Part shown: one piece after another, positions 11,001 to 24,202 of the stretch
Layout: the number at the start of each line of letters is the position of its first letter
Position numbering within the stretch: the stretch's first letter is position 1
NCBI RefSeq assembly: GCF_000002865.3
Contig: NW_001865087.1
Span: 26,269-90,268, forward strand
Direction of reading: 5' to 3'
Length of the DNA: 64,000 nt
Source: Monosiga brevicollis MX1
Taxonomy: Eukaryota
Notes under the pieces: generated by a model
What the model was told of the DNA's origin: nothing
Database searches by the model: none
The model's input: only the letters and a program-made list of their open reading frames with translations
Made by a program: the position numbers and the translations under genes

Positions 11001-14000
11001 GTTGGTGATGGTCACGAGTGGCGGATGGCGACCCGTCAAGTAGAGCTGAATAATTTCCACCAGAGCGTCGAGCCTCGAGCTTGAGTTGGTTCGCAGTACC
11101 ACTGCTGACAGATTAGCGAGCGCCCACGAGTCAATCCACAAAGTCTCAGAGGCGTTTCCCTCGTTGGCCGCTGTCATGTTGTGAAGGACTTCGACACCAT
11201 CGCCATGCACGTCGTCGCTGCGCTGCACGACGCTCCCCGTCAGCACCTGACCCAAAGGATCACCCAACAGACTCGTGATGTCGCCGGTGTTGCTGACCAG
11301 GCCCACACCACGCAAGTTGAGAACGACAACCACCCGGCGCGTGCCCAGTGGAAGCACCAAACTCGATCCGCGAATAATGTGACGATGCAAGAAGAGGCGA
11401 GCCACATCCCACGCTGGTGGCACACTTTGAGTTGTCGTGGGCCCGCCCACCAAGGAAGAGTAAAACGCAAGCTCAAGTGTTGCACCGAGCGTTGAGCGGT
11501 GCTGCTGCGCTGATACCAATGCCACGAGACCTTCAATCAGTACTGAAGCCTGATAGACCTTGACGTCGCAGGCCATGAAGGCGTCACACGCATAGACCTC
11601 AAAAGCGCCGTCTTCAGCAGCCAAGCTGGCAGCCAACGGATTGTCGCTACCCCACGTCACAAGCATGTCCGTGGTATTACCGCGCAGCGTGGTACTACTT
11701 GTGCTGACGGCCCGAATGGCCACAAGCGGTGGACGGCAAACACCGGCGCTATCAATTCCCCACAGGCCCTCGCACAGTCGCTGCTTCACGCACACCCCGT
11801 TGACCTGTACACCTTGCCCTGCACAGGCATCAACCGAGTCCATGAGGTGCTGCAAGGCTCGGGCCAAGCTGCTGCGAGCCCCGGTCAGTGCTTGCCAGAC
11901 ACCAGGCACGAGCGTCGTGAACTGCTGCATCGAGGCGACCAGCGCCCTCAACGATGCCGTCGAGAAGGTGGCGGTGCTGTTGGCAGTCGGTGTCCAAGCG
12001 GCCGCACCGGCCAATGATACACGATACTCCGCAAATTGAAGCGAGTTCAGACGACCCGTGTGCACAAATTCCGAGGCGGTACCGTCGATAGGAGCCACAG
12101 CGCGCAGAGCAGGAAGCCCAGGAGCCCAAGGCGTGGGCGAGACCGCGCAGCCACCAAATGTGGGCGTTTCACAGCCTGCCGGCCCTGACTGGCCAGAGCT
12201 GGCCGAATGAAAGGAGAACCGCACAGTTCCACTGATGGCCAAGAAGCGAGTCAGATCACCCACAAACTCCGAGGCACGTTGGACGTGTAACACCAAAACG
12301 TTGCCCTCTGCAGAGGACACGACGGCTGTAATCATGAACACAAAATGTTGCAGCGTCGTGGGATGATGAAGGTACAGGCGGCCCAAAGTTGAGGAAGCGT
12401 TGTGGCTCGGCTGCATCGCACTGGCAGCTGCGTCCAGCAGCCGCGTACTTTGATTGTGTCCGTCCATGTCGAGTACCGAAAGGTAAATGATCGAGAGATT
12501 GGCCAGCAGCGTGCTATCGCAAGCCCATGACCCAGGACGCATCGATGGGGGCGTCCATGACGCATCGTTGTCGGGCGGCAAAGCCGTACCGACCCAAGTG
12601 GCCACTGCCTGCACGGGGCCGGCGGCTCTCGCCGCTTCCTGTAAGGTTGTAGGAAGGCGAGCACGGCGAGCACGGCTCCAAGCCTCGATGCCCTGACCAT
12701 TGACTGGGACCACAACCAGGTACGGCAGCAGATCAATCTGCCAGTCAGTGAGCTGGACGGACACGGTAATCAGTGTCGTGTTGATCAGCTGACCGGGCGA
12801 CATGGAAACCATGGGTCCATGGGCTCGAGAAGTGTTGGTCAGAAGCTGGCCGGCCACATCCAGTGTGAGGGCCAGCTGGGGCCCTACAGCCCCCGCGTTT
12901 ACTTCTCCTGCTTGCAGGTATAGATGGTAGAAGCGCACACCAGCATCGAGTGCAACGCGAGGCGCGACAACTGTAAAAGACACAGACGCCCTGGCTTCAG
13001 AGGCCACGGTCACTGTTGTGTGGCTCACGTCAAGGTCCAGGGCACCAATACCAGGTGCAGCGTCCAAACCAGGCACTGATCCGGCCGAGAAGACCGGCAC
13101 TGCCGTCAGAAGGCAACCCAAACCGCCATCGGCTCGGGCAATTGGCCGCCAGCCCACAGCACAGCTAGTCTGCTCACTCGCGCCGACGTGGGCGGGAGCA
13201 TCAACACAGCCACCGTGATGAGCAGACCATTGCGCACCGGTACAACCGCAGGCACCATCAACGCTAAAATCGACCTGCCAGCTGCGTTCGCGAGTCCAAC
13301 CGAGCGCGCTCGGCGACAATGAGCCCAAGGTAGAGTCGGCCAGGCGAACGGCAAGCTCAAACTGCGAGGGCGTATCGCTGTTGATGCTCACGGCCAGCAC
13401 GCGCAATTGCACAACAGCACCATGACCCTGCAGCGACACCAGGGGAAAGCGAGGCCGCCATGTGCTAGCCAAGGTTGCGAGCTCCTGCTCAACAACAACT
13501 TGCACGGGACCAGCCAGGGCAGTGAGGGGTCCGAGCGCCTCAACATGAGCAGATCCAGCCAACATTTCATATGCCGCACTTGACAACTCAGCAAGAGTCA
13601 AATCGTATGCCGAGCCCAGCATGTCAAACAGAGCGGCGTGTAACGCCACCAAATCGCGGCCTTCAAGTTCGGCCCATACTTGTGCCACAGCCAGACGCAG
13701 CTCGGCCACCAGCGGGGCAAGCTCATCGTGCCAACCCTGCAGTGAGCGCAGGGCAGCCAGATTAGACGACCGGTCGTTGGCAAAGGTTGGCACCAGTTGG
13801 CCATGGTCTGGAGCAGCCAAAGTGAATGGCACGACGGAGACGAGCACGCTGGGTTGACGGTCTCGGACGGGCCAGACGAGCAGATTTGCCTCTACAGCCA
13901 CAGCCCCCGTATAAGGCAGGACACAGATGGCCACGGCGCCCGATGGGATGGCGGCTGCGACTGAAACAAGAATGTTGACGTCTTCAAGTTGATCGGCCGG

Positions 14001-17000
14001 CACAGTTTGAATGGGCACCAATAGGCTAGCCCAGGTGGCAGCGGACGCGCCACTCTCAGCGAGGGCCAAGACGTCGGCTGTAGCCCAGCCCAAGACCAGG
14101 GCAGTCATGTTGCGCGCGTCGCCCCGGCGCTCAATGGTTAGTGTGGAGTTGAAATGGCCAGCAAGCTCATCGTGGTCGAGGGTGCCCGAGTTCGGGCGGG
14201 CGCTCAGCGAAAACGCAGGCTGACCGACCAACGCAGGCACGCAGCGTCGGGTTGAAGGGTCGCGGCGATAAAAGCCCGGACAGCGGGTTGCTGCATAGCA
14301 ATCATTGCCAACACGCAGCGCTCCCGATGCACAGGCAACACCCACGGCAACAGCTGTCCGGCAGCCAAATGGAGTCAAGGTAGCGCCCTCAGGACAGCCC
14401 AAATTGGATGCCCAACCAAAAGACAGGTGCACAGGCATTCCAGGGAGGAAAATGAGAGAGAAAAGGTCATCATAGGCCACGAGTGATGTCACATTCAGAA
14501 CGCAGGATTCCAGCCCGCATGAGATGCTCTCCAGGTTGTACAAAAGCGCCTCGCCGCGCTCGTTGCTGAGCCGCAAGGTACTGTTGTCCAGCACGAGCAG
14601 CCGGGCCAAGTGAACAAGTGGATCTGCAGGATCCCCCAGTCCAACCGTGAGCGTGCTCACATTGGCGGCCGTGGCAGCATCCGCGAGTAAAGCACCCGGC
14701 TGAAAAGGTCCGTGAGCATTGGCTGGGGCCAATGCAGGATCCCAAAATACTCGAAATTCACCGTGTGCCGTGGGATTCACCTGGTCAACCGCAACCTCTT
14801 CGACACCCGCCGACAGATTTGAGGGAACAAGAACGAGCTGCCCATCATACGACTCCAAAAGCAAAACCACATGCAAGCCCAGAGCGACACGCATCGAAGG
14901 TAGCGACAGGTTTGTGAGACCACCCGTGTATGGCAGCCGCACAGAGACCGTGGTGTTGGCCAGATATACTTGCATGGCGGCTGCCTCGCTGGAGCTTTGG
15001 ACCAGGATAATCCAGGCGACATTGGTTGCCTGGACCGCAACGGCCACATCAATCCCGCACCAGCCGGGCCGAGCGTCACGGTCGGGCCCCAAAGTCAACT
15101 GAGCTCGAGCAACGGCTGGCTCCGCCAGCTGGCACACGCCAGCCTCCGAAGTGAGAGTTCCCGCAGGGCATGGCAGGTCGGTCAAGAGGCCTAGATTGGG
15201 CTGATCAAGCGTAACCGGAGGCGGGGCCAAAACACACTGCAGGCTGCCCTCGCCCTGAACGACGGTCATGAAGCCGGCAGCCGCACAGCTGGTACGGACG
15301 GCCCCCTGGGCTGGCAGCTGCACCACAATGACTGCGCTGTCCGCCAGGACGACATCCGAGGACATGTCCAGATTCTCGTCGGCGAGGAGCACGGGCTGAA
15401 ACAAGGTATCGCTCCCGTTGGAGATGACCCGCCCGACCACTTGCTGCCAGGCGAACGAGGCATTGGCCCTGGGTCGAGTGAGGGAACGATTAAAGCCTAG
15501 AACCACCAAGCCCTGATGCTCGGCACGCAGCGCGTGGCAAGGCACAGCGCTACAGTTGATGGGCCAGCTGATGGCAGGCGACAGCACGCGTGTATCTGGG
15601 AACAGGTGGCGCAGGGAACTGCTCTCGGCGCTGCTGTCAAGCAAGACATCGTCCAGGCGCATGAAGAGGGCAAATTCAGGGAAGATGCGGCTCCAGGTGG
15701 CAGGAACGGCCACGAGACCCGATATACCCGTTGTATTGATGGCCACGTCAGGAAAGAGAGCAACCGCACGACCTTCGGCATTGAGATGAGTGGTGGTTTC
15801 CAGCAAGAACTGGGCCGTCCTGAGCCAGGTGGGGCTCGACAGCAGCTCGGTGGCCCTATACAAGATGACGCGCGTGGTGGCAGCCTCCGAGGCTTCAATG
15901 CGAATTGAGGTGCGCACTTGCGCAAGTGCATCGTTCATATCAGGCGCCATAACGGCGACTTGCAAAGCCTGGGTTGGAATGTGCGCCTCCTCGCACGTCC
16001 AAAGGCGGGTGCGCCTCATGGTCCCTGGACAACGGGGGAGCGTGTAGCACTGATCTGCCTCGTTGCGTAGAGCGCAATCGGCAGCCTGATTGGCCGCACA
16101 ATGGCCCGTCGAGCGGGCCGAGGGAGAGCCATCCGCACAGGGGGCAGTGGCTTGAGAGTCCAGAAAGAGTGTGAAGGTGTTGTTGTTCTCAAAAACCTGG
16201 TCGACTGGGCCGGCAAACACGGTGCGCGGCTCCACAGAAAGCAAGAGACCGTCTGCCTCGCTATAAGTGGCATTTGTGACTGATACAACCACAAAGGCAC
16301 CATCGGAGGGTCGCTGCAGCCGACATAGCAGGTCGAGGCCACCTGCGAGCAACGAAGGGACCGCGGGCAAGTAGGCTGCGGCGGGAGAGTTGTCTGCAGG
16401 GCCGCGAATGCGTACGCGGCGGACCAACGGCATGGTGTCGGCGTCCAAGGTGAACGAGGCCGGCTCCAGAGTCTCGTTGACATGATAAGACAGATTGAAG
16501 AGTGCACACGGGGGCTCTAGACAATTCACGAGCTCGTAGCGGAGCTCTTGTGCCACGGAACTGAAGCGTGCGCCATCATTGCTGACGGTCACATTGAGGG
16601 TCATGGGTCGGGTGATGCCGTCTGGAAGCAGGCATTGCACCAGATTGCCAGAGTCGAAAATGGCCATCGTGGTGAAGGCCACGCGAGCGGCGTGGCTGGC
16701 TGTCTCTTCAAAGTGGCAAGTGAGATTGGCAGTGTTGGCAAAGTCCACGCCGGCCACATCGATGAGCATGACACCACTGCCCAGCGTAACAACGATGGGG
16801 TCGACGGTTCCATGAACTTCAGGCACTGGATTATTACAAAGGGCCCCATAAAAGCCTAAGACAGCAGCAAGCAAGGCCAGGATGAGGCGCGGCACGAGAG
16901 ACTCGGCAAACAATTGCTGAAGAAGATGGGAGAAGAGGAAGCGGCGCGATGATACGACATGGGCCGGCGCGGCGTCAATGGTCAACAGGGGTCTCGAAGA

Positions 17001-20000
17001 CTGTCATGGAAGGGGTCAACCACTCTGAACCAACCCGTGAAACAAGAGCAGAGGCCTGATAGGGCGGAGCAGATGCCGTGACCGTGGCACTTGTCTGGGG
17101 GACAGTAGAAGGCGCATTGATTGTCGCCCGTTCCCACGTAGTGGTCGTCACAACCACACGTTGCATTCTGTCGATAGCATTGGCCGTGCTCGTTGCAAAA
17201 GTCGGCCCGCGTGCATTCATGTTGGCAGAGAGTGCCCACAAAGTTGCTTCCGGGATCACAGTTGCAGACACCGGTGATGCTGTTGCAAGAGCCGCCGTTC
17301 TGTCACGTGCAAGAACCCAAGCGGATGGATGAGGCTAGAAGCAAGGCGGCGCAGGTTGTCTGAGCACCGGTCAGGGGGGCTGGGCTTACCTGGCAGGCAC
17401 AATTCTCGCAGGTGGGACCGTAAAAGTTGCCGATACAGGCACACTCCATATCTCCAGAAGTGGCATTGCAAGCGCAACGACCGTAGTTTTGGCAGGGACC
17501 GGCACACGTCTTGGCAACGCACACGCCGTTTGCGTCGGGCTCGTAGCAGGGCTCGCAGGCACATTGTCCCGTGAAGACATTGCATGTTCCATGACCTCCG
17601 CAAACCTACTCAGCAAACACCGCGTTTCGCAGCGCGAATGTTGGTCAGTTTCTTCCCAGCGCTCTACCAGAATAGGTTCTGGCTCCAATGTTTGCCCCAG
17701 TCACGCTGCTTGGCCCATGCCGGCTGGACAATGACGAAACTTGCCTCGCCATCGCCCGTGGCAGCATCAATGCCGGGACAAGTCTGGTCGCATGTTTCAC
17801 CCCACCAACCGGCAGCGCATTCACAGATGCCATTGCTGGTGACACGGGCTGTTGTGGGGAGCACGAGCGTGAGCAACGATGACAATGGCGGCCAAGCCAA
17901 GCAGGTCACGGCGCGATGAAGACGCTGAATCAGAGAAAGCCACGTACTCGAGGCGAGACTGGCTCGGGACGCGGTGCAGACGCCATCAAGAAAGATGCCA
18001 CAGGCCACATCGCAGTCTTCATCACTTTGGCCCACGAAGCAAGCTGTGTTGGCACCCTCGGCTTCACAGGGGCAGCCGGCAGTGCTGCAGTTGGCCCCCT
18101 TGAAGCCACACTCGCAAAAGCACTGCCCTGTGCCTGCGTCGCAAGTTCCGTGGTTATTGCAAGGAGATGCGGCGCCTCCGGGGCACTGCGATGGGAAAAC
18201 GACAACAAGCAAACGAAAAGGAACAGTGAGCCTTCTTGTTGCCTTCTTTTTTTTTTTTTTTTCCTCCTCAAATCTTGCCGTCCAGGGAAAGGAGGTGCAA
18301 CACGTACCTCGTTGCTACAGTCACTGCCCCAGTAACCAGTGTCACAGGTACACGTGGATCGGGCAAAGTTTGGCGTCCCGTGGCCAGAGCACCAGGCTAA
18401 CACACGCCTACGATTGTGCGAAAACAATGAGGTTGAAGGTCAGAAATGAAGCTGGTCTTCAGAGAAGACTTGAGGTTGGTCGAATCGGATGGCGGCTGGA
18501 GAACGCACGTGTTGTCCGCAGACGGCACGGCCTGGTTGGCAGCATCAACGGGATCGAGAACGGCTCCCGGAGGACGAGAACAGGTGGGTGTCGAGCCCGT
18601 ATTGATGGCAATGGCCCAGTTGGTGGCCTTGCAGTAGCCAGAATCGGTCCAACCAGAGAGGCACTCGCCCAGATCATAGGACCAACCACACCCCTCAACC
18701 TAAGATTCACAACAATCAGCAAAACAAATGCGCGGGGGGGATGCGAAAGGGGAGGAGAAAATGGTGGCGTCGACGCGACATCGAAGCGCGTTTCATTGCC
18801 CAGAAACAACATGACGAACACAAGCACACAAACATACTTGTCGACAGGAAGTGCAGGAGCTGAAGGTGCTGCAAATGGGGCAGCATTCGTTATTGGAGAG
18901 CGCCTCTGTTGCACATCCGTTGACCTGTAGGCAAACAAACGGAAACGGGTGAGCTCTGGGTATGGGCAGGGGTTGTGTGGTTTGACAGACGCCAGAGCTC
19001 GGATGACAAGAATTGTGTTGAGAAGTGCCGCCGTCTGATCCCAAGGAATTCCCACCAAATTGTCGTCCATGACACAGGTTGAAGATGAAGCACACCAGCC
19101 ACAGCCGTCAACGTTGGCGCACTCGCCACATGTCGCCTGAGTAGCACAAGACAAGCCCCGGATTTGAGAAATGATGGCATGTGGAACCCACAAAGAGGAA
19201 CGAGGGGTGGGAAACAGGACGGCATCAAAGAAAAGGCGGGCATACGTGTTGCGAGCAGTAGTCATTGCAAGAAAAAGCGGAAATTTCGAACCCGCTGTCC
19301 AAAACGGTCGTCTGCGGCCAGGAGAGTTTTCAGAAGTCAAGGCAATCAGGCACACTGCGACGGTCGGGCAGATGATCGGAAGGGGTTGGTGTTCCACGGG
19401 GCTGCAAGCGCACCGTATCGAATTCAACAAATTCCAGGGTGCTATCAGCGGCCAGAGAGCCAAAGCGGTAGCTGTCAAGCCCAGTGACCCCACTGATTTT
19501 CATGTTGAAAGTAAAGTCCTTGTTGGGAAGATTTGAAAGCACCATGCCGTCCGTGCTGGGAGGTATCAGAAAATTGGAAGGCAGTGACGGGCAGGTATGA
19601 ACTTGCTCCTGCTTTATCTTTGAGAAATGGTTTCAGAGGGGCGGGTGGAAGCGATTGGTGCTTACCAGCAGGTGGCCCAAGCCCATTGCATGAGGCCGGT
19701 GGCAGAGACCGGGTCCCATTGATAGCAATCATTGGTAGCCTCGGAGCAATCGCTGGACATGCCAGTATCATCATCACGCACGGATACCGTGCCGCCGGGG
19801 CCTCCATTGGCGGTTCCCAGGTCTGGGCTCTCGATGGCGAGGCGCAGGCGTCCGCCATCTGAGCAAAGCAGAGCGTAAGAGGGGTGAGCAAGTGATGATG
19901 ATTATAAATGGCCACTTGGCAAGCTGGCTAGCTGTGCGCGTTGCTTGATGGTGGCGGCGTCGGGGTTGTTGTGTGCGCGATGGCAGGCGGACCTTCGTTG

Positions 20001-20861
20001 CCGGGGCGATCGAGATTGACGATGAAGGAGAGCTTGTTGTTGGTGTCAATGATGAAATAAAGGGTTGTCGTCTCATATCGTTCGTAGCCCACATTTGAGG
20101 AGGAGCCAAAAGGGTAGTTATAGGCTGGGGCGGGAGCAAGGACAGCAGCGAAGAATGGTGTGAGAAGAGACGGCGATTCAACTCTGCTGCACTGTGATGA
20201 ATCCCGTGCAAGGAGAGCGGGAAGGCTGTTTTGACCTTGCGTTGGTGAGGAGAAGAGACGTACCATACCAAATACCGCCCGACTCAACGTCGTAGCAGTT
20301 TCCGCCTGGACCGGTGCGAGACCATTGCCCCGTTGGAGGGATGGGGTCCCCTAAAAACGGCCAGGGTCGGTGCAGCACAAAAAGTTGAGATGAACACGGC
20401 ATGGCTACGGCCTGCCAAGAAGAAGGCGACGCAAGCACAGACACACACAGACACGCACGCACGCACGCACACACGCAAGAGTCGTGCATCCGGGGAGCGA
20501 GCAGGCACGTACCGACGTCAAACTGGAGGCCACAAATTTCCTCGTTGACCATGGCGTGGCCTGGGGGCATTGAAATGATGGGGCGAACGAGGCGGGTTCG
20601 TGCGCCTTCTTCACGGGCAAAGTCCCATCGCACCTACAAAAACGTCACAGCGCCCCGGCATAGCATTCACATGAGCACACAGGGCGCGGGTGCAGAAGCG
20701 AGCAGGACAAGGAGGGGCCCACGAACCCGATAACAGAGAGCCTCGCTGGTCTGAGCTGAGGTGGGATGGAGCAGAGCAGCGAGCGCAAAGCCGAGCAGTA
20801 ACAGCCGACCGGAGAGTCCGAGCCAACAGCTCTGCGGCCGCGTCATGGCGGCCGCTGTCAT
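8088..20861 (-). CDS. Giant multi-exon type I membrane protein: signal peptide, N-terminal beta-rich domain, PSI domains, several EGF-like repeats, IPT/TIG domain, Cys-rich/FN3-like repeats, TM helix, Tyr-motif tail
   Basis: Signal MTRPQSCWLGLSGRLLLLGFALAALLHPTSA near 20846. PSI: CATQATCGECANVDGCGWCASSSTCV (~19075-19150). EGF: CPGGAASPCNNHGTCDAGTGQCFCECGFKGANCS and others (17000-18400). IPT: PVPEV...DVAGVDF...LTCHF...VQCLLP...VTVSNDGARFS. The terminal exon 8088-16855 has TM ALIVALAIAIPLAVLICCLVAVCWY-RRRK and an NPLY tail. Internal exon boundaries are only partly resolved. Confidence 0.85.
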
Positions 20862-21029
20862 GCCGAGGCGCGTCAAAGGTCGCCCCTCCAGAACCTAGTC
20901 AGCCGGGTCAATGTCGGTGCGCAAAGTGGTGGGACGGGGAGCAATGGCAGTCACGGCCCTCTCTACACAAAAGGAACCAAGGAACCCCGGGCACAGAGAT
21001 TGAGACGAGCGGTGCCAAGCAGCAGTCCG

Positions 21030-21345
21030 ACGAGAGCGAGCGCGCACAAAACGAGAACGAGAGACGGAACGAGAACGAGAGAGAGACAGAGAGAGACGGA
21101 GAAACGCGCACACACGCGCATGCAAACATACGAAACAAACACAGAGACAGAGAGAGGGAGAGAGAACGAGAGAGAGCGCGCGACGGAGAGAGAATCAGAG
21201 CGAGAGCGACGGAGAGAGAGAGAGAGGGAGAACCAGAGAGAGAGAGAGAGAACCAGAGAGAAAGAGAGAGAGAACCAGAGAGAGAGCGCGCGCGTGACGG
21301 AGAGAGCGCGCGCGTGACGGAGAGAGCGCGACGGAGAGAGAGGCG
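21030..21345. repeat. GA-rich degenerate microsatellite upstream of the giant receptor
   Basis: Interrupted (GA)n with gaaccagagag and gcgcgtgacggagagag subrepeats. Confidence 0.9.
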
Positions 21346-22764
21346 AGGTGCAGACGCACAGCTCCGACGGGGCGCCAAAAAAACGTTTTGCGTACACACA
21401 CCTTGAGAATAGAGAGTAAAATGAAGAAGAACAGAGAGAGGGATAACGGCGAGTGAGATGGAGCAGAGATGGGAATGAAAGAGGTGATGGGAGGCAGAGA
21501 GATGGATTGGATGAGACTTTGGCAAGTGGTAATTTGAGAGGTCAATCCAGAGATGTTCACAGAAGATAAGTTATAACCAGAGTTTGATTTGGCAAGAGGA
21601 CGCGTAGCAGAGGTACGAAGCTGTGGCGAGAGGCGCAAAAGTCACAAAACTTTGAGTGGGACACGAGGATGCTGCACAAAGAGGTGGGGGGTGTGCGGGA
21701 GAGAAAACCAGAGGATGGTACGAAATGCCAGCTGAAAGTAGAGATTTGTACGGGGTCATGACAACGGATACTCTGCAATAGCAAGCCAGGGCAGAGGTTC
21801 AATTACACTGAATCACGTCAGCAGAGATGTGAACGATTTCAGTCGTCCCAATAGAGAAAGCAAGCTTCCACCCCAAGCACTTGATTTCTTCAAACACAAC
21901 ACCAAAGGCGGCGACATTCCCAAATGTTGCGCACAAGGCTGTAATAGACTTTTTGCATCAACATGGCCAATTTATGCAGAAACCAATGTAGACGCCTACG
22001 TAGTAAATGAATCATATTGACAGGTTGCTTCATGGTCAAGAACCATCCACTTCTGCGTTTGTAGATGCTGTGGGATACATTCAACTTTATGTAGTTTTCA
22101 ACACTTACCAAAGGTTATTTTATGCAGAAGAATAACAAGTTGTTGAAGGACAAGGCTATCACTTGTTCGGTCATACTTGAAGGTGGGACAAAACAAGCAC
22201 GTGCAATCAAGTTCAAGGCCAACTCACTACATGTAAGGCTTTGCTGCCGCTGCCTGCCAAATGTCCCGACCTGCCGGCCGCACCGCACACACAGGGCCGT
22301 GAAGGAACACGGAACGCGGTGGGCGTCCATCATCAGGAATGGCCTGGACCGACCCCCAGCCAGCAGGACCGGGTCGCGAATAAAATAAAAGAGCAAAATT
22401 GCAAAGGCAAAGACCAATGGCCACGATCTTTTAAAAGCGCCCCTGAATTTGAAGCGCTTATATCAACGATGCGGCACGAGTACGTGGTCGAGGGCGACGT
22501 CCATTGTTGCAAGTGTGTGGTGTGCTTGGACGTGCATGGGTGTGCTTCTTGCTTCTCGGTGCCAAGTTGTGGACGCACGCGGTGGCGTCTGTTGTTGTTT
22601 TTAAAGGATCCTTTTTGCAGGCCCTCTTTCACGCGAAGCGATTGTGCTTCAGGTTGCACAGACGCTGCTTTGTTGCCCTCTTACTACTTTGATGGCCTCT
22701 GGTATTTTGAATGAACTGTGGACTGCACCTAAGCCAATGCGACCAGCTGCCAGCGAACCAAGGT

Positions 22765-24014
22765 TCATGACGTGAATGGAAGCTGCGCCGGGGGCTGCGG
22801 CAGGCCAGCTTGATGGGCAGCAAACACGGGCGTCATTCGAAAACTGAACCCACGATGGCAGGCCACTTCGAGTGGCGTCCGGCCGTCCTGCGTATGCATC
22901 GCATCCGACCATGAGGACAAGAACCATAAGGCGCAGAGAGAATCGGGGAGCGGCACTGACGCTGTTCTTGTCCTGGGCGTCGGCCCCATGCTTCAATAGG
23001 AGTTCCGCGACCTCGGCATAACCAACTTCAGCGGCCAAGTGCAATGGTGTCTGGCCTTCCTGCGCCATGTTCGGAGCGAACGCGCACCGAATATGAGAAC
23101 GAAATACACGGCACCAACAAGCAAAAACAAAAAAGCCGGCACGGGCAAGGGGGAGGGATACACAAACCGTATTTTTGGCTGCAACATCAGCGCCGTGGCT
23201 CAGCAAAAGGCTTACGAGCCCCACGTGTCCGATATCAGAAGCATTGTGTAGCGGGGTCCACCCATCCTGCAGAGTCACGTGCCATAGCCATCGGCGCGCG
23301 TACACACAAACCATCAGAAAAAAAAAATCAGCTCAAGCGTCTCATGAGGGTCGATTTCTTGTTTGTGCGAGGCCATTCTGCACGCTTGAAAGGGGCGACA
23401 CGCGCTGTGGCAACTCACATCGGGGGTGGCTCGAGCATCAGCGCCAAGCCCCAATAGGATCTTGGCCGCTTCCAGGTGACCGTTGTAGCAGGCACAATGC
23501 AGTGGCGTCAAGCCATTCTGTGGATTCATATCCCAGGTCGTCACTGCACCGCGACAAGACTCGAGAGCTCCGGACAGGTGGGTGAGACCAACCTTGCTCT
23601 TGGCTTTGGCGTCGGCGCCGCACGTCAACAGGATCCCCACCATCTCCACATGACCATTGTCACAGGCACAATGCATCGATGTCCAGCCGTTCTATGGAAT
23701 TCGATCCAGTCAGCCGCGCACATCTGCAGCAGGGCGGGGCGGGGCGGGGGCGCTGAGGCGTCAAGGCGCGGGGACAACGGAGATGTGCACCTGACCTTGT
23801 TTCTACGTTCAGGATCGGCATCGTGCTTCAGCAAAACCTGCACGGCCTCAACATGCCCGTGCTGGCAGGCCAAATGCAGTGGTGTCCATCCCTCTTTGCT
23901 GTACAAAGCAGCACTTGAGATCCGTTCTGGATCCCAGCTGCTCAGCAACTGCAGCGCCACATGTGACTCTGAGGCCAGACAGGCCTTGAACAGCTGCTCT
24001 CCATCTGTGCTCAT
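22765..24014 (-). CDS. Ankyrin-repeat protein paralogue C (six exons, about 6 repeats)
   Basis: Exons 23796-24014 (MSTDGEQLFKAC...GWTPLHLACQHGH...), 23593-23691, 23419-23517, 23168-23266 and 22961-23059 (each 99 nt, phase 0), and 22765-22887 (DGRTPLEVAC...FTS*). Confidence 0.92.
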
Positions 24015-24114
24015 CTTGATCCGACCCGCCGCACCACCTTTGCCCTAACCCAAAGCACCCGTCCAACGCTGCAACGCATTGACAATGAGGCAATGTTGTG
24101 AATCAGAGCCAGCG

Positions 24115-24202
24115 GCACGGACACGGACATGGATACAGTCACAGACACGGACACGGATACAGACACGGACACGGACACGGACACGGACACGGGCACGGGC
24201 AC
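24115..24202. repeat. Hexamer tandem repeat (CACGGA)n
   Basis: Direct reading; lies between the divergent ankyrin and FG-GAP genes. Confidence 0.9.

Noticed and set aside
16856..16985. Signal peptide at the start of the 2965-aa ORF
   Set aside because: It lies in an intron. The acceptor at 16856-57 joins the upstream EGF exon in frame (CSCFT-GFYGALC).
20690..21638. ER-rich or SL-rich ORFs
   Set aside because: Translations of GA/CT microsatellite; the same applies to 26212-26775, 40278-41591 and the VC/HT ORFs at 52826-53771.
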